Assembly (NCBI GenBank): GCA_964503675.1
Contig: CAZDBE010000003.1
Coordinates: 1-42,734 of the forward strand
DNA from: an uncultured Pirellulaceae bacterium
Lineage (GTDB): Bacteria; Planctomycetota; Planctomycetia; Pirellulales; Pirellulaceae
Length of the DNA: 42,734 nucleotides
Direction of reading: 5' to 3'
The notes under the pieces are model-generated. The model was not told where the DNA came from. It searched no databases and saw nothing but the letters and a program-made list of their open reading frames with translations. This document shows positions 8,954 to 20,764 of this stretch, piece by piece. A program made the translations under genes and the position numbers. The stretch's first letter is position 1. Each line of letters opens with the position of its first letter.

Positions 8954-11422
8954 TTAGAAGCGGTAGCGAATATTCGCCGTCGCGGTACGCCCCAGGATTG
9001 AGCGACCAATGGTGTGGTCGTTGATGCCGTCGCCATCAGTGTCGAAAATACGTCCATCGTTGAACGATTCCGTGATGCCGGTTTCATCAAAGGCATTGTT
9101 GACGTTGACACCCAGTGTGAGGTCGTCAGTCAGGTTATAGGTCGCAAACAAGTGCACAACTGAGTAACCGTCCTGAGTAAGCGTATTGCCGAAGTCTGCA
9201 TACGAGTCTGTCGTTCCGACCCATGATGCACCAAAGCGCGCTTTGTCATTCCAGTTATAGGTCGGAGATACCGCCCAGATGAAATCAGCCTGTCGTTGTG
9301 GTGTGTTCCCAATCGTTGCCGGAGCGCTTGTGCTGTCAGAAATCTCAGCATCGGTCCAGGTGGCCGTTGCATTGAGATCAAACCCGCCAAGTCTGTAAGC
9401 AGCTTCGAATTCGATACCCGTCGATTCATACTCATTTGCAATCGTCGTCGGCGTTCCGCCGCCAGTCAGCTGAGTATTGCTCTCCTCAGTTTCGGTGTAG
9501 AAGCCCGTCAGATAGAGATCGAGATCGCCTTCGCCAATCTGCCCCCCCTGCCACTTCATGCCAACTTCGTATTGGTCGGCGACGTCGACATACGTCTCTT
9601 CACCGCCAGCGATCAGTCCGCCGCCAGGTGTCTGAGAGTTGCCAAGCTGACGTTCACCATTGAAGGAGGCACCGCTGGAGGCGCGTGCAAACACGGCCAA
9701 ATCTTCATTGACCAGATAGTTCACACCAAATGAGTAAGCGGTATTGTCAACTTCAAAGTTTGCTTCGGCTCCGACGGTTCCGGTGTTCAGTGAAACATCT
9801 GCTTCTGCCGGTCCGATGACACCGTCACCATTTACGTCGAAGGGTGCGCCCGCGCCTTCTGTTCGCACGCCGGTTTGCTCCATCGTGTCAAAGCGAACAC
9901 TACCGTCAATCGTCAATACGTCATTCGTCCAGCTTGCACCGATGAAAGGCGCATTTGCTTGGTACTCAAGGTCGTAGTTGCGGTTCGTACCGTTCCAGCC
10001 GAAGGCCTGATTATAACCCAGCACACCATCTGTGGTGACGCCGGGCACGCTGATCAGAGCCGAATTATTTGACGTTGTTGCCAGCAATGCGTTCCAGTGC
10101 CAGTCCTGCTTGAAGTTCTGGTTCATGAAGAAGTGACCCACCGTCACATCCAGTCTTGAACCTTCAAGTTCAATCGATTTAGACAAACGAAGCTCATTCG
10201 CAAAGTTGCTCATGTCTTCAAGATCAACATTGAAGTAGGCGATTTCTGAGACAAGGTTGTTGCCTGTTAGGTTCGTTAGGGACGCGTCGCTAACCGATCC
10301 ACCTGCGGCAGGGCCGTTAAAGATCGTCGCGCCTGATGCGGTACCAAACCTGTTTTCAAAACCATTCACATTGTGCGTGAACGCACCGTTGAAGTTGCCT
10401 GAGATGTCCTGGTAGCGCACTTTATTGTTGAGTGAAATGCCGTTTCCAAGATCGAAATCAAGTTCAGCGCCGATCGATTTTACCTGAGCTCGGATACCGT
10501 CAGCCAAGTCATAATTGTTGACTGTGTTGGTGCCGTCGACATCGCGGCCATAGCGCGTGTAGGGGCTTTGCAAGCTATCGGAATTAGCGTCGAAGCCTGC
10601 AACACCGTCTCCAACAGAGTCGCCGTTGATTGTCACCGCTTGCGGGAAGTAGGCTGCATCTTTCTTGTCCAGCCATTTGCCGTGGACGCGGATGAATCCA
10701 TTTTCGAATTCTTTGGTCAGGGAGCCGCGAATTTGGCCGCCGCTGATCGTGTCAAATCCCGAGTCGCGGAAGTCACCGCCCTGTTGGAAGTGGCCGCCAA
10801 TGTGAAAATACATATCCTCACCGAGGTCGCCGCCATAGTCAGCGTCGAAACGGAAATCGTCATGATCCAGCCCGGTTGAAAGGACTGCGGAGCCTCCGCC
10901 TTCCCGGCCCGTTTTGCTGATCAGGTTGATAATGCCGCCTGCGCCGTTTGTTGTCAGGGTTGACGCCGTACCGCCGCGAACAGATTCGACGCGGGCCAGT
11001 GACGCATCGGACTTATAGTAGCCATCGGCGGGTGCGAAGTCGAAGTCGCCGAACAACATGATTGGCAAGCCATCTTCGTGCGTCTGCAAGAATTTTGCGC
11101 CGCCCGTTGATAGCGGCAGGCCGCGAACTGCGACGTTGGAGTTACCGCCGCCTGAAGAGCTCTCTGAGCGAATACCTGGGAGCTGGCGATAAATTTCAGC
11201 AAGGTTGGTTGGGCCAACATCAGCGATAAACTCATCATCCAGCGAGCTGACCGAGATTGACGAGTCAATCTTGTTCGCACCTGCCGCGCCGATCACACCG
11301 GTCACGACAACTGTTTTCTGACGGGCTTCTGCCTCCTCTTCCTCTTGTGCAAAAGCCGGGCTCGTCAAAAGAGCGAGCGATGCGGCAGACACGAGCAGGG
11401 TATTCTTTGAGAACTTTTTCAT
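8954..11422 (-). CDS. TonB-dependent receptor of the fructoside locus
   Basis: Signal peptide MKKFSKNTLL...PAFA-Q, TonB box TVVVTG, plug VESVRGG...GAGGIINLIS, C-terminal YRF. RBS GGAGG precedes the ATG at 11422; the ORF-track extension to 11671 is not accepted. Confidence 0.93.
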   Translation of the reverse strand: MKKFSKNTLLVSAASLALLTSPAFAQEEEEAEARQKTVVVTGVIGAAGANKIDSSISVSSLDDEFIADVGPTNLAEIYRQLPGIRSESSSGGGNSNVAVRGLPLSTGGAKFLQTHEDGLPIMLFGDFDFAPADGYYKSDASLARVESVRGGTASTLTTNGAGGIINLISKTGREGGGSAVLSTGLDHDDFRFDADYGGDLGEDMYFHIGGHFQQGGDFRDSGFDTISGGQIRGSLTKEFENGFIRVHGKWLDKKDAAYFPQAVTINGDSVGDGVAGFDANSDSLQSPYTRYGRDVDGTNTVNNYDLADGIRAQVKSIGAELDFDLGNGISLNNKVRYQDISGNFNGAFTHNVNGFENRFGTASGATIFNGPAAGGSVSDASLTNLTGNNLVSEIAYFNVDLEDMSNFANELRLSKSIELEGSRLDVTVGHFFMNQNFKQDWHWNALLATTSNNSALISVPGVTTDGVLGYNQAFGWNGTNRNYDLEYQANAPFIGASWTNDVLTIDGSVRFDTMEQTGVRTEGAGAPFDVNGDGVIGPAEADVSLNTGTVGAEANFEVDNTAYSFGVNYLVNEDLAVFARASSGASFNGERQLGNSQTPGGGLIAGGEETYVDVADQYEVGMKWQGGQIGEGDLDLYLTGFYTETEESNTQLTGGGTPTTIANEYESTGIEFEAAYRLGGFDLNATATWTDAEISDSTSAPATIGNTPQRQADFIWAVSPTYNWNDKARFGASWVGTTDSYADFGNTLTQDGYSVVHLFATYNLTDDLTLGVNVNNAFDETGITESFNDGRIFDTDGDGINDHTIGRSILGRTATANIRYRF

Positions 11423-11524
11423 TTTAGTTTCCTCCAACAATCGTTTTTTGACGCTCCCTCTCGTGCGCCAATTTCCAGCATTGGCCTCAAGGAGGACAAC
11501 GCGCCAGTCTGCTATGTTACGCTT

Positions 11525-11561
11525 TACAATCGATTGCAACATCAAAATACAATCGATTGTA
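11525..11561. promoter_or_regulatory. Tandem LacI-type operators TACAATCGATTGCA (11525-11538) and TACAATCGATTGTA (11548-11561) upstream of the TBDR
   Basis: Two near-perfect or perfect palindromes 23 bp apart matching the 2021 site. Confidence 0.8.
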
Positions 11562-11715
11562 ATTTCTCCACGCCGCGCCAAAAATCGTGATATTTTTGCA
11601 ACGCCTGAGAACGAGCAATCATCTTTTCCCAACCCTGAATAAGCCGTAGCTAGCATCAACCGACACACCACACTTCGCAGCTTGACAGGAATATGGCTCG
11701 CGGAGTAAGCGAAAA

Positions 11716-11729
11716 TACAATCGATTGGA
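11716..11729. promoter_or_regulatory. LacI-type operator TACAATCGATTGGA upstream of zwf-edd-glk
   Basis: Same CAATCGATTG core, about 55 bp upstream of the zwf ATG. Confidence 0.75.
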
Positions 11730-11783
11730 TTGCTGTGATTTACCGACTCGGCTTGCAGCTAAAACTTGCCATATGAGGCCAAC

Positions 11784-13253
11784 ATGTCAGCTTTCATTCC
11801 TGTTGCGCCTTTTGATCTCGTTATATTCGGCGGCACGGGCGATCTGTCCCGGCGAAAACTGATTCCAGCTCTCTATCACCGTTGGATTGACGGCCAGATT
11901 CCGACAACGAGCCGGATTGTTGGCTCGGCGCGAACTGAGATGGATGCTGATGCTTACCGCGCCTTTGCGCGCGAAGCCTGCCAAAAGGCGTCTGGTGACT
12001 CTTGGGACGATCAGAAATGGACCGCCTTTGAGGCGCTGATCGATTATGTTTCGATGGATGCGACGAGTCCTGGAGCGGACTGGAAGACGTTGAAGTCTTT
12101 CCTCACCAGCGCTCCTGAACGTCCCCGCCTCTTTTACCTTGCAACGTCGCCACGGCTTTATGCCGACATCGCGGTGGCGCTTGGCAATCAGGGCCTTGCT
12201 GACGGTTCAGCCCGACTTGTCCTCGAAAAACCAATCGGAACAGACCTCGCCTCAGCGAAGGCGATCAATGACGGCGTTGGCGCAGTCTTTGAAGAAGAAC
12301 AAATCTATCGCATTGACCATTATCTCGGAAAGGAAACCGTGCAGAATCTGATGGTTCTGCGATTTGCCAATACGCTTTTCGAACCGGTCTGGAACCGCGC
12401 ATCGATTGATCATGTCCAGATCACAGTTTCTGAAGAAGTTGGGCTGGAGGGCCGGGCAGACTATTACGATACGTCCGGCGCATTGCGCGACATGGTTCAA
12501 AACCACATCCTACAATTGTTGTGTCTGACGGCGATGGAGCCGCCGGGATCACTCGACGGCGACGATATTCGTACCGAGAAAATCAAGGTCTTAAAGGCAC
12601 TGCGTCCGATTACAGCGGCGACCGCCGCGGCGGAAACGGTGCGCGCTCAATATAGGCAAGGACTCGTCGATGGCGAAGCCGTCCAATCTTATCAAGACAC
12701 TTTGTCGAAAGATGAGCTCAGTTCCACTGAGACATTTGTTGCCATCCGGACCGAGATAGACAACTGGCGCTGGGCTGGGGTTCCGTTTTACCTTCGAACG
12801 GGAAAACGCCTAGCCGCACACCATTCCGATATTGTCATCCAGTTCAAGCCTACACCGCATTCGATTTTCGGTGACACCAACCATCCACCAAACAGGCTGG
12901 TGATGCGATTGCAGCCCGATGAGGGGGTGAAGCTCTATGCACAGATCAAGGAGCCGGGCCCCGGCGGCCTGCGCATTAAATCGCTGCCTCTCAACCTTTC
13001 TTATGCAGACAGTTTCACACTCCGCTATCCGGATGCCTATGAACGCCTCCTGATGGATGTCGTTCGCGGGAACCTGTCGCTCTTTATGCGTAAGGATGAA
13101 GTCGAAGCCGCCTGGACCTGGGTCGACCAGCTTATAGATGCCTGGAGCGAGGCAAATGTGCCGCTAGATTCTTATACGGCAGGGTCCGATGGCCCCACTT
13201 CGGCAGCCGTTATGATGGACCGCGAAGGGCGAAAATGGTGGACAGCTGAATGA
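11784..13253 (+). CDS. zwf: Glucose-6-phosphate 1-dehydrogenase (copy 1)
   Basis: [42 protein letters not shown] at 11784 follows GAGG and gives the same length as copy 2. Confidence 0.96.
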   Translation: MSAFIPVAPFDLVIFGGTGDLSRRKLIPALYHRWIDGQIPTTSRIVGSARTEMDADAYRAFAREACQKASGDSWDDQKWTAFEALIDYVSMDATSPGADWKTLKSFLTSAPERPRLFYLATSPRLYADIAVALGNQGLADGSARLVLEKPIGTDLASAKAINDGVGAVFEEEQIYRIDHYLGKETVQNLMVLRFANTLFEPVWNRASIDHVQITVSEEVGLEGRADYYDTSGALRDMVQNHILQLLCLTAMEPPGSLDGDDIRTEKIKVLKALRPITAATAAAETVRAQYRQGLVDGEAVQSYQDTLSKDELSSTETFVAIRTEIDNWRWAGVPFYLRTGKRLAAHHSDIVIQFKPTPHSIFGDTNHPPNRLVMRLQPDEGVKLYAQIKEPGPGGLRIKSLPLNLSYADSFTLRYPDAYERLLMDVVRGNLSLFMRKDEVEAAWTWVDQLIDAWSEANVPLDSYTAGSDGPTSAAVMMDREGRKWWTAE

Positions 13254-15076
13254 CCTCTCTACACCCCGTCCTTATCGAAGTGACAGACCGCATAAGAGAG
13301 CGGTCGGCTGGCACCCGCGCGGCCTATCTGGAGATGATCGGATCTCGCCGGCCGCGAACCTTCGCCCGGCTGAAAATGACCGAAGGCAATCTTGCACATG
13401 CGTCTGCAGGTTGCGCCGTGAGGGACAAAGCTGAACTGCTCGGTGCAGGCTGGCCAAATATCGGCGTCATTACGTCCTATAATGACATGCTGTCGGCCCA
13501 CGCGCCGTTTGAAAACTATCCACAGATCATCCGCGAAGCGGCACGCCAAGCAGGCGCGGTCGCGCAGGTCGCAGGCGGTGTTCCGGCAATGTGTGACGGC
13601 GTCACGCAGGGCCAGCAAGGAATGGAGCTTTCGCTCTTCTCGCGTGACGTCATCGCAATGGCGAGCGCGGTGGGCCTCAGCCATGATGTCTATGACGCCG
13701 CGCTGCATCTTGGCGTCTGCGACAAGATCGTCCCGGGGCTTGTAATTGCTGCGCTGCGGTTTGGCTGGATACCATCTTTATTCGTTCCCGCCGGACCGAT
13801 GCCTTCTGGCATGCCGAATCCTGAGAAGGCTCGCGTGCGCCAGCGCTATGCTACTGGAGACGCCACGCGCGAAGAACTGCTTAAAGCCGAATCAGAAAGC
13901 TATCATTCGCCCGGCACGTGCACATTCTACGGCACTGCAAATTCTAACCAAATGCTGATGGAACTGATGGGCTTCCACTTGCCGGGCGCAGCGTTTATTC
14001 CGCCGGGTACTGACCTGCGAACAGCACTCACCCGCGCAGCAACGAAGAAAGCTACAGAGTTAACAGCGCAAGGTGAAAATTATCTGCCTGCTGGCGAGAT
14101 GGTCGATGAGCGCTCTATCGTCAATGCAATCGTCGGCCTGATGGCGACGGGCGGGTCGACCAATCATACGCTCCACATACCCGCGATGGCAGCTGCGGCT
14201 GGGATACAGGTCACACTGGCTGATTTTGCCGACCTCAGCGCCATCACGCCGCTCCTCACCCGAATTTATCCCAACGGACCAGCCGACGTGAACCATTTTC
14301 ACGCCGCTGGCGGCATGGGCTTTGTCATCCGCGAACTGATCACGGGCGGCCTCGTGCATGCTGATGCGTTGACGGTCGCTGGTACACTTAGCGATCAGGC
14401 AAGTGAACCTTACCTCAAGGACGGTAACGCCGCATGGCGCACACCAGCCGAAACCAGCGCCGACCTCGATATTCTACGCCCGATCTTGGATCCCTTTTCC
14501 AAGGATGGCGGCCTGCGCTTGATGCAAGGCCCTCTTGGTCGCGGCGTCTGTAAGGTCTCAGCAGTCAAAGCTGAGAACCGCGTTATCAACGCCCCGGCAC
14601 GTGTCTTCGATGATCAGTACGACCTGAAAGCGGCGTTTGATGCTGGTGAACTCAACACGGATTTCGTTGCCGTCATCCGGTTTCAAGGACCTGCCGCCAA
14701 TGGCATGCCTGAACTTCATTCCCTATCTCCAATTCTCGGCGCGCTGCAAGACCAAGGTCACAAGGTGGCCCTTGTAACCGACGGGCGCATGTCCGGTGCG
14801 AGCGGAAAAGTCCCATCAGCTATCCATATTGGCCCAGAGGCAGCACGCGGCGGTTCTATCGCAAAAGTCCGAGATGGAGACATGATCTCGCTTGATGCCG
14901 AGATCGGCACGCTAGAGATTGATGCCGATTTGTCTCAGCGCCCTGCTGCGATCAATCGCGCTAACGAACTGACCACCGGATTAGGCCGCGAGTTCTTTGC
15001 AGGGTTCCGTGCGAATGTGTCCGATGCCGAAACAGGTGCAAGTCCGTTCGGTTTTTCTGGATTGGCTCATGACTAG
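13250..15076 (+). CDS. edd: Phosphogluconate dehydratase (copy 1)
   Basis: [46 protein letters not shown]; ATGA overlap with zwf. Confidence 0.96.
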   Translation: MTSLHPVLIEVTDRIRERSAGTRAAYLEMIGSRRPRTFARLKMTEGNLAHASAGCAVRDKAELLGAGWPNIGVITSYNDMLSAHAPFENYPQIIREAARQAGAVAQVAGGVPAMCDGVTQGQQGMELSLFSRDVIAMASAVGLSHDVYDAALHLGVCDKIVPGLVIAALRFGWIPSLFVPAGPMPSGMPNPEKARVRQRYATGDATREELLKAESESYHSPGTCTFYGTANSNQMLMELMGFHLPGAAFIPPGTDLRTALTRAATKKATELTAQGENYLPAGEMVDERSIVNAIVGLMATGGSTNHTLHIPAMAAAAGIQVTLADFADLSAITPLLTRIYPNGPADVNHFHAAGGMGFVIRELITGGLVHADALTVAGTLSDQASEPYLKDGNAAWRTPAETSADLDILRPILDPFSKDGGLRLMQGPLGRGVCKVSAVKAENRVINAPARVFDDQYDLKAAFDAGELNTDFVAVIRFQGPAANGMPELHSLSPILGALQDQGHKVALVTDGRMSGASGKVPSAIHIGPEAARGGSIAKVRDGDMISLDAEIGTLEIDADLSQRPAAINRANELTTGLGREFFAGFRANVSDAETGASPFGFSGLAHD

Positions 15077-16055
15077 GCATGTTTTGGTCGGGGATGTTGG
15101 CGGCACGAATGTCAGGTTTGGCGTTGCTGAACAGGGGCCGAACGGGATCGTTATCCATGATTTCGCAAAAATGCCGGGAAGCGAGTTCGACGTCTTCGCT
15201 GAGGCGCTGACATCTTATTGCAGCCAACTGGGCTCCGACCTTGCCGGACTGGATGCCTGTTTTGCTTTGGCGGGTCCGATTATTAACGAGAGCGTTAAAC
15301 TTACCAACCGCGACTGGCTAGTTTCGGCATCTGAGATCAAAGCACTCTTCGGATTAGGGCACGTAAAGCTTGTGAACGATTTTATGGCGATGGCGCGCGC
15401 CGCGCCTGAAGTGAGCGAAGAAGACTTGGAACTCATTCGGCCAGGCACGCCGCGCTCTGATGCGCCCGTGATTGTCGCAGGCCCGGGTACTGGGTTCGGG
15501 GTCGCCACTATCCTTCCGAGCAAGGACAAAGGTTGGCGCGTCCTCAGCGGCGAAGGGGGGCATATGCGGTATGCCCCCGTAACCAAGATCGAACTCGAAC
15601 TGACCCGCCGCTTGCGCGAAAAGCATGGCTTTGTGTCCAATGAACTCGTTTGCGCAGGCATCGGACTTGATCCCATCCACCGCGCGCTTTGCGAAATATT
15701 TGATCGTCCGTACAAAATAGTGCCACCGGGCAACATGCTCGAACTTGCGGCAATAGGCGATGAGATGTTTCTTGAGCTCTGTCACATCCGCGCGCGCGCA
15801 ACGATGGGCGCGGTTGGCGATCTCGTGCTGGCCAATGGCGCATTCGGCGGCGCCGTCCTGGCAGGCGGCGTCAGTGAACGGCTTGCGACGTATCTGAAGG
15901 CGCAAGACTGCTTGGACCGGTTCCTTGCAAACGGTGCACGCGCATCGTTTCTGACTGACGTTCCTATTCATCTCATGCATGATCCTATGGCACCGCTCAT
16001 AGGAGCAGCGGCCCTGTCCTTAAAAGACCAGAAATCACGAAAGCATCAACACTGA
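15069..16055 (+). CDS. glk: Glucokinase (copy 1); its stop codon is the first TGA of the IS
   Basis: [35 protein letters not shown] at 15069 overlaps the end of edd, as in copy 2. Confidence 0.92.
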   Translation: MTRHVLVGDVGGTNVRFGVAEQGPNGIVIHDFAKMPGSEFDVFAEALTSYCSQLGSDLAGLDACFALAGPIINESVKLTNRDWLVSASEIKALFGLGHVKLVNDFMAMARAAPEVSEEDLELIRPGTPRSDAPVIVAGPGTGFGVATILPSKDKGWRVLSGEGGHMRYAPVTKIELELTRRLREKHGFVSNELVCAGIGLDPIHRALCEIFDRPYKIVPPGNMLELAAIGDEMFLELCHIRARATMGAVGDLVLANGAFGGAVLAGGVSERLATYLKAQDCLDRFLANGARASFLTDVPIHLMHDPMAPLIGAAALSLKDQKSRKHQH

Positions 16056-16078
16056 CCTGCTCCCCGAAGGGTACCCGT

Positions 16079-16927
16079 TTATAAGTTAGCTCTGTTCCAT
16101 ATTTGATCTGTGTTTGCGTATTCGACTGGCGTCAAGCCGTCGAGGCTGGTGTGGGGTCTGTGGTGATTGTAATCGCTCCTCCATGTGTTGATGATGAGTT
16201 TGGCGTGGCTGAGACCGTCGAAGAGATGCTCATTGAGACATTCGTCGCGCAGTCGGCCGTTGAAGCTTTCAACGAAGCCATTCTGCATCGGCTTTCCCGG
16301 TGCAATGAAGTGCCAGGACACGCCGCGCTCCTGGCACCATTTGAACATCGCGTTTGAGGTAAACTCTGTGCCGTTGTCCGAGACGATCATGCGGGGCTTT
16401 CCTCTGGCCTCGATGATCTGGTCGAGCTGGCGCGCTACCCTGACGCCAGAGATTGATGTGTCCGCCAACAGCGTTAGACACTCCCGCGAACAGTCATCGA
16501 TCACAGCGAGGATCCTGAACCGCCTGCCGTCGCTCAACGTGTCGGAGACAAAGTCGAGACTCCAGCGCTGGTTCGGCTCCACCGGCACTAGAATGGGGCG
16601 GCGTGTGCCAATGGCGCGCTTGCGGCCACCTCGCTTGCGCACTGTAAGTCGCTCTTCCTTATAGAGACGATAGAGCTTTTTATGGTTCAGGTAGATGCCC
16701 TCACGCTCCAGCATCAACCCGATGCGCCTGTACCCGAACCGCCGACGTTCACCAGCGATCTCGCGCATGCGTTTGCGGACACCGCCATCGTGACCGCGCT
16801 GCGGCTGATAGCGATACGTCTTCGGCGCAATGCCCACGAGACCGCAAGCACGGCGCTGACTGTAATGCTTCTTTTTGATCGCCCAGGTCACGGCGTCTCT
16901 CCTCGACTTGGGCGTTAGAAGTTTTTT
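16079..16927 (-). CDS. IS3 transposase OrfB (DDE domain), fused to OrfA by -1 frameshift
   Basis: [39 protein letters not shown]. The frame is open back to the slippery site ([14 protein letters not shown]). Confidence 0.93.
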   Translation of the reverse strand, partial: KKLLTPKSRRDAVTWAIKKKHYSQRRACGLVGIAPKTYRYQPQRGHDGGVRKRMREIAGERRRFGYRRIGLMLEREGIYLNHKKLYRLYKEERLTVRKRGGRKRAIGTRRPILVPVEPNQRWSLDFVSDTLSDGRRFRILAVIDDCSRECLTLLADTSISGVRVARQLDQIIEARGKPRMIVSDNGTEFTSNAMFKWCQERGVSWHFIAPGKPMQNGFVESFNGRLRDECLNEHLFDGLSHAKLIINTWRSDYNHHRPHTSLDGLTPVEYANTDQIWNRANL

Positions 16928-17181
16928 GCGAGCATCTCTTTGAGTGTCGCATTGTCGAGCATCTGCTCAGCCAGCAGCTTCTTCAGCTTCCGGTTCTCTT
17001 CCTCGGTGGCTTTTAGGCGCTTGGCGTCGGAGACGGTCATACCGCCATACTTTGATCGCCACTTGTAAAATGTCGCGTCCGATATTCCATGTTTACGGCA
17101 GAGATCTGCCGCCTTCATTCCTGCGGCATGTTCCTTCAAGATCCCGATTATCTGTTGTTCGCTGAATCTGCTCTTCTTCAT
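16915..17181 (-). CDS. IS3 transposase OrfA (HTH)
   Basis: [17 protein letters not shown]...CRKHGIS..TFYKW..KYGGM...EENRKLKKL. Confidence 0.95.
   Translation of the reverse strand: MKKSRFSEQQIIGILKEHAAGMKAADLCRKHGISDATFYKWRSKYGGMTVSDAKRLKATEEENRKLKKLLAEQMLDNATLKEMLAKNF
16921..16927 (-). other. Programmed -1 frameshift heptamer A AAA AAC
   Basis: GCA AAA AAC TTC TAA at the end of orfA; the -1 frame runs into orfB. Confidence 0.85.
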
Positions 17182-17275
17182 TCGTCTACTCCTATCAGGA
17201 ACAGACTAACCTCAAACCGAGGGCATTTCAGGGGAGCAGGTCATTCCATATCCCTGTTCAGCAGCAAACCTACGC

Positions 17276-18241
17276 TTAGCTATCCTTCAGAGACAGAGCC
17301 GCCGCCCCGATCAACGGAGCAACGGGATCGTGCAGAAGTTTGATGGGGCAATCAGCCAGGTATTTGCTATTCAGCCCGCGCTGCGTAAATCGCTCCATAG
17401 CGTCGGGCGACTTAAAATAGGGCGCAAGCCGTTCGCTAACGCCGCCCGCCAGTACCACGCCGCCCAGCCCGCCATTGGCATACACAAGATCACCAACAGC
17501 ACTCATGGTTCCACACGCCCTAATCCGGCGTAGCTGCTCGAACATTTCATCCCCGGCTGCGGCGCTTTCTATCATGTCAGCCGGTGTCGTCTCTTCATAT
17601 GCGCGATCAAAGATCACACATAGCGCCTTATGCACAGGCTCAAGCCCAATGCCCGAGCAAACCAACTCGTTAGACACATATCCGCACGACTCCCGCAGCA
17701 ACCGCGTCAGTTCAATTTCGGTCGGTGTCACCGGCGCGTACGCCATATGTCCGCCTTCACCGTTCACAATGGTCCACATCCCATCCTTCGTTGGCACCAG
17801 CGTCGCAACGCCAAACCCCGTCCCGGGTCCTGCGACGATGATCGGCGCTCCGTCACGCGATGTGCCCGGCCGTATTAGCTCAAAATGATGATCTTTTACC
17901 TCAGGAACAGAGCGCGCCATGGCGGCAAAATCATTGTGCAGGTCAACCGACGCGCACCCAAACTTGGCGATTAATGCCTCAGACGACACCGTCCAGTCCC
18001 GGTTCGTCAGCGTCACAACACCGTTCACCGGCGGCCCAGCCAGCGCAAACACGGCTGGCAACCGCGCAAACGCCTCCGATGTATCGGACAAAAACTGCTG
18101 GAACGCCGCCTCAAACCCATCGAACTGATCACCGGGCATCTTGACGAAATGATCGATCTTTATTCCGTCAGCGCCGGCACTTGCGACGCCAAAGCGAACA
18201 TTGGTGCCGCCAACATCGCCAACCACAACAGCCTTAGTCAT
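17276..18241 (-). CDS. glk: Glucokinase (copy 2)
   Basis: [26 protein letters not shown]; clear paralogue of 15069-16055. Confidence 0.93.
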   Translation of the reverse strand: MTKAVVVGDVGGTNVRFGVASAGADGIKIDHFVKMPGDQFDGFEAAFQQFLSDTSEAFARLPAVFALAGPPVNGVVTLTNRDWTVSSEALIAKFGCASVDLHNDFAAMARSVPEVKDHHFELIRPGTSRDGAPIIVAGPGTGFGVATLVPTKDGMWTIVNGEGGHMAYAPVTPTEIELTRLLRESCGYVSNELVCSGIGLEPVHKALCVIFDRAYEETTPADMIESAAAGDEMFEQLRRIRACGTMSAVGDLVYANGGLGGVVLAGGVSERLAPYFKSPDAMERFTQRGLNSKYLADCPIKLLHDPVAPLIGAAALSLKDS

Positions 18242-20063
18242 GTATCGCCCCTGTCAGAGCAAACGGGCTGGCTCCGCTTTCCGCATCCGACGCCCCGGTT
18301 CTAAATAAAGAGAACAGTTCACGGCCGAGCCCCACCTGATTCTCATTTGGGCGGAACACTGCCACCTCCCGGCTCATCAAGTCTGCGTCGGTCGTCAGCT
18401 CGCCCGTGTTGGCGTCCAGCCGAATAATGTCGCCGTCCCGGATACGCGCAATCGGTCCGCCCCGCGCCGCCTCTGGGCCAACATGGATCGCGGATGGCAC
18501 TTTGCCACTCGCGCCCGACATGCGCCCATCCGTGACGAGCGCGACCTTATGTCCCCGATCCTGCAACACGCCCAATACAGGCGTCAGCGAATGCAGCTCC
18601 GGCATGCCATTGGCGCACGGCCCTTGGAACCGCACAATCGCGATAAAGTCATGGTCTAGTTCCCCCGCCTCAAACGCAGCTTTCATCGCGTGCTGACTAT
18701 CGAACACGCGCGCCGGGGCCTCGACCATCCGGTGCTCTTCTTTCACCGCTGAGACTTTGCTAACCCCCCTTCCAATCGGGCCTTTCATCAACCGCAATCC
18801 GCCATCCGAAGAGAACGGCTCAGAGGCCGGCCGCACAACGTCCAGATTACCGCTTTCGAGTGGTGCATCGCGCCATGACAGTTGCTCGCCATCCAACCAC
18901 GGCTCTTTCGAATGCTCTGCAATCGGGCCAAACACACCGGCCGCGTCGCCGTGCATCAATCCCGCCTCGATCAGCTCGCCCATCACAAAGCCCATGCCGC
19001 CCGCCGCGTGGAAGTGGTTTACGTCGGCGGGTCCGTTCGGATAGACCCGCGCCAGCAGAGGCACCACAGCGCTCAAATCGGCAAAATCGTCCAGCGTCAC
19101 AGAAATCCCCGCCGCGGCCGCAATCGCCGGTATGTGTAGCGTGTGATTGGTCGACCCGCCCGTCGCCATCAGGCCGACAATGCCATTCACAATCGAACGT
19201 TCGTCGATCATCTCTCCAGCTGGAGTATAGCTATTTGTCTGCGCCGTGATCTCAGCTGCCCGCGCGGTCGCCGCTTCGGTGAGGGCTTGGCGCAATGGTG
19301 TGCCCGGATTAATGAACGCCGCGCCCGGCAGGTGAAAGCCCATCACCTCCATCAACATCTGGTTCGAGTTCGCCGTGCCATAGAACGTGCACGTGCCCTG
19401 CGAGTGATAACTTTCAGACTCAGCCTTCAGCAGTGCCGCCCGGTCGACCTTGCCTTCTGCAAACAGTTGACGAACTTTGACCTTCTCAGGGTTTGGCAGA
19501 CCAGACGTCATCGGCCCGGCCGGAATGAAAATCGACGGAATCCAGCCAAACCTCAGCGCGGCGATCACCAGGCCTGGAACAATCTTGTCACACACCCCCA
19601 AATGTAGCGCCGCATCAAACACGTCATGGCTGAGGCCCACCGCGCTCGCCATCGCAATCACGTCTCGAGAGAACAGCGACAGTTCCATGCCCGTTTGCCC
19701 CTGCGTGACGCCGTCGCACATGGCGGGAACGCCGCCCGCTACTTGCGCAATCGCGCCAGCCTTGCGCGCAGCCTCTCTAATTATTTGCGGGTAATTCTCG
19801 AACGGGGCATGCGCCGACAACATGTCATTATAGGATGTAATGATCCCGATATTCGGCCATCCCGCCCCCAGCAATTCTGCCTTCTCCATCACCGCGCACC
19901 CAGCCGATGCGTGGGCGAGATTGCCCTCCGTCATCTTCATCCGCGCAAAACCCTTGGGCCTGTGGGCGCGAACCATCTCGAGATATGCAGCGCGCGAATC
20001 TCTGGAGCGATTGCGAACTCGGTCCGTCACAGCGGCAAGGATTGGGTGGAGGTCCTGAGTCAT
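18234..20063 (-). CDS. edd: Phosphogluconate dehydratase (copy 2)
   Basis: Same motifs as copy 1. True start MTQDLHP at 20063 by ATGA overlap with pgl. Confidence 0.96.
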   Translation of the reverse strand: MTQDLHPILAAVTDRVRNRSRDSRAAYLEMVRAHRPKGFARMKMTEGNLAHASAGCAVMEKAELLGAGWPNIGIITSYNDMLSAHAPFENYPQIIREAARKAGAIAQVAGGVPAMCDGVTQGQTGMELSLFSRDVIAMASAVGLSHDVFDAALHLGVCDKIVPGLVIAALRFGWIPSIFIPAGPMTSGLPNPEKVKVRQLFAEGKVDRAALLKAESESYHSQGTCTFYGTANSNQMLMEVMGFHLPGAAFINPGTPLRQALTEAATARAAEITAQTNSYTPAGEMIDERSIVNGIVGLMATGGSTNHTLHIPAIAAAAGISVTLDDFADLSAVVPLLARVYPNGPADVNHFHAAGGMGFVMGELIEAGLMHGDAAGVFGPIAEHSKEPWLDGEQLSWRDAPLESGNLDVVRPASEPFSSDGGLRLMKGPIGRGVSKVSAVKEEHRMVEAPARVFDSQHAMKAAFEAGELDHDFIAIVRFQGPCANGMPELHSLTPVLGVLQDRGHKVALVTDGRMSGASGKVPSAIHVGPEAARGGPIARIRDGDIIRLDANTGELTTDADLMSREVAVFRPNENQVGLGRELFSLFRTGASDAESGASPFALTGAIHD

Positions 20064-20764
20064 GGCGCCCAGCATACGACTAACCGTTGCCCGAGTCCCT
20101 CTACGGCGGCCCGTACAGGAAAATCGTTGATGGGCTTGGTCATCGCGGTTTCGAAAACTCGACGTTTTTCGTCGCCAAATATGAGTAGGACAGCATGTTT
20201 GGCTGAGGATATTGCACGCCGCGTCATTGTCAGCCGATTTGTAATCTCGCCTGCCACAGGGCACCCTGCTGCATCAATTGAGACCACTGCTTGTTCGCGG
20301 TCGTCCAATGCATCGCTTAAGTTTTTTGCACCGGGAAACCAGCTCGCCGTGTGGCCATCATTTCCCATGCCCAGAAGCACAAAATCAAAAGGCACCCGCG
20401 ATGTGTAGAGACGATTTGCATCTTGGGTGAACTGTTCGACCCGGCTCCACAACGGGAGAAAGTCGGCTTTTGCCGCTTTGTGCTGCAACAAAGTTCGACG
20501 CACCAATCGTTCGTTTGAGGCGTCATGGTCTGGCGGCACACAGCGTTCATCCACCAATCCAATAGACACAGACGCCCAATCGATATCAGCCTTTGAAAGT
20601 GTATCAAACATGGGTCCCGGCGTAGAACCACCCGAAACGGCAAGACTTGCCTTGCCTCTTACGCGCAGGCCCTCAAACAACGCATTTTGAGCAAGCTCAG
20701 CGGTCGCTTGCGATGCATCTTCGCGCGTCTTGAAGTCCAGTAAGAGAGATGTTTGGGTCATCAT
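20060..20764 (-). CDS. pgl: 6-phosphogluconolactonase
   Basis: [31 protein letters not shown]; lies between zwf and edd with ATGA overlaps. Confidence 0.93.
   Translation of the reverse strand: MMTQTSLLLDFKTREDASQATAELAQNALFEGLRVRGKASLAVSGGSTPGPMFDTLSKADIDWASVSIGLVDERCVPPDHDASNERLVRRTLLQHKAAKADFLPLWSRVEQFTQDANRLYTSRVPFDFVLLGMGNDGHTASWFPGAKNLSDALDDREQAVVSIDAAGCPVAGEITNRLTMTRRAISSAKHAVLLIFGDEKRRVFETAMTKPINDFPVRAAVEGLGQRLVVCWAP

Larger units (their letters stand above)
16053..17243 (-). mobile_element. Complete IS3-family (IS407-group) insertion sequence, 1191 bp
   Basis: Terminal IRs TGACCTGCTCCCC (16053) and GGGGAGCAGGTCA (17243), with orfA and orfB inside. Flanks ACAC and TTCC do not match, so there is no direct repeat. 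Confidence 0.95.

Noticed and set aside
10168-10181. CAATCGATT inside the TBDR coding region as a sixth operator
   Set aside because: The right half-site is incomplete and the position is mid-gene.
11423-11671. 83-aa N-terminal extension of the TBDR in the ORF track
   Set aside because: It covers the promoter and operators; the signal peptide and GGAGG RBS fit the ATG at 11422.
14997-15068. Earlier start for glk copy 1
   Set aside because: It lies inside edd; copy 2 aligns from MTRHVLVG at 15069.
20064-20264. N-terminal extension of edd copy 2
   Set aside because: It overlaps pgl; the paralogue and the ATGA coupling fix the start at 20063.
19626-20408. 260-aa plus-strand ORF
   Set aside because: Antisense to edd and pgl, as expected in GC-rich coding DNA.
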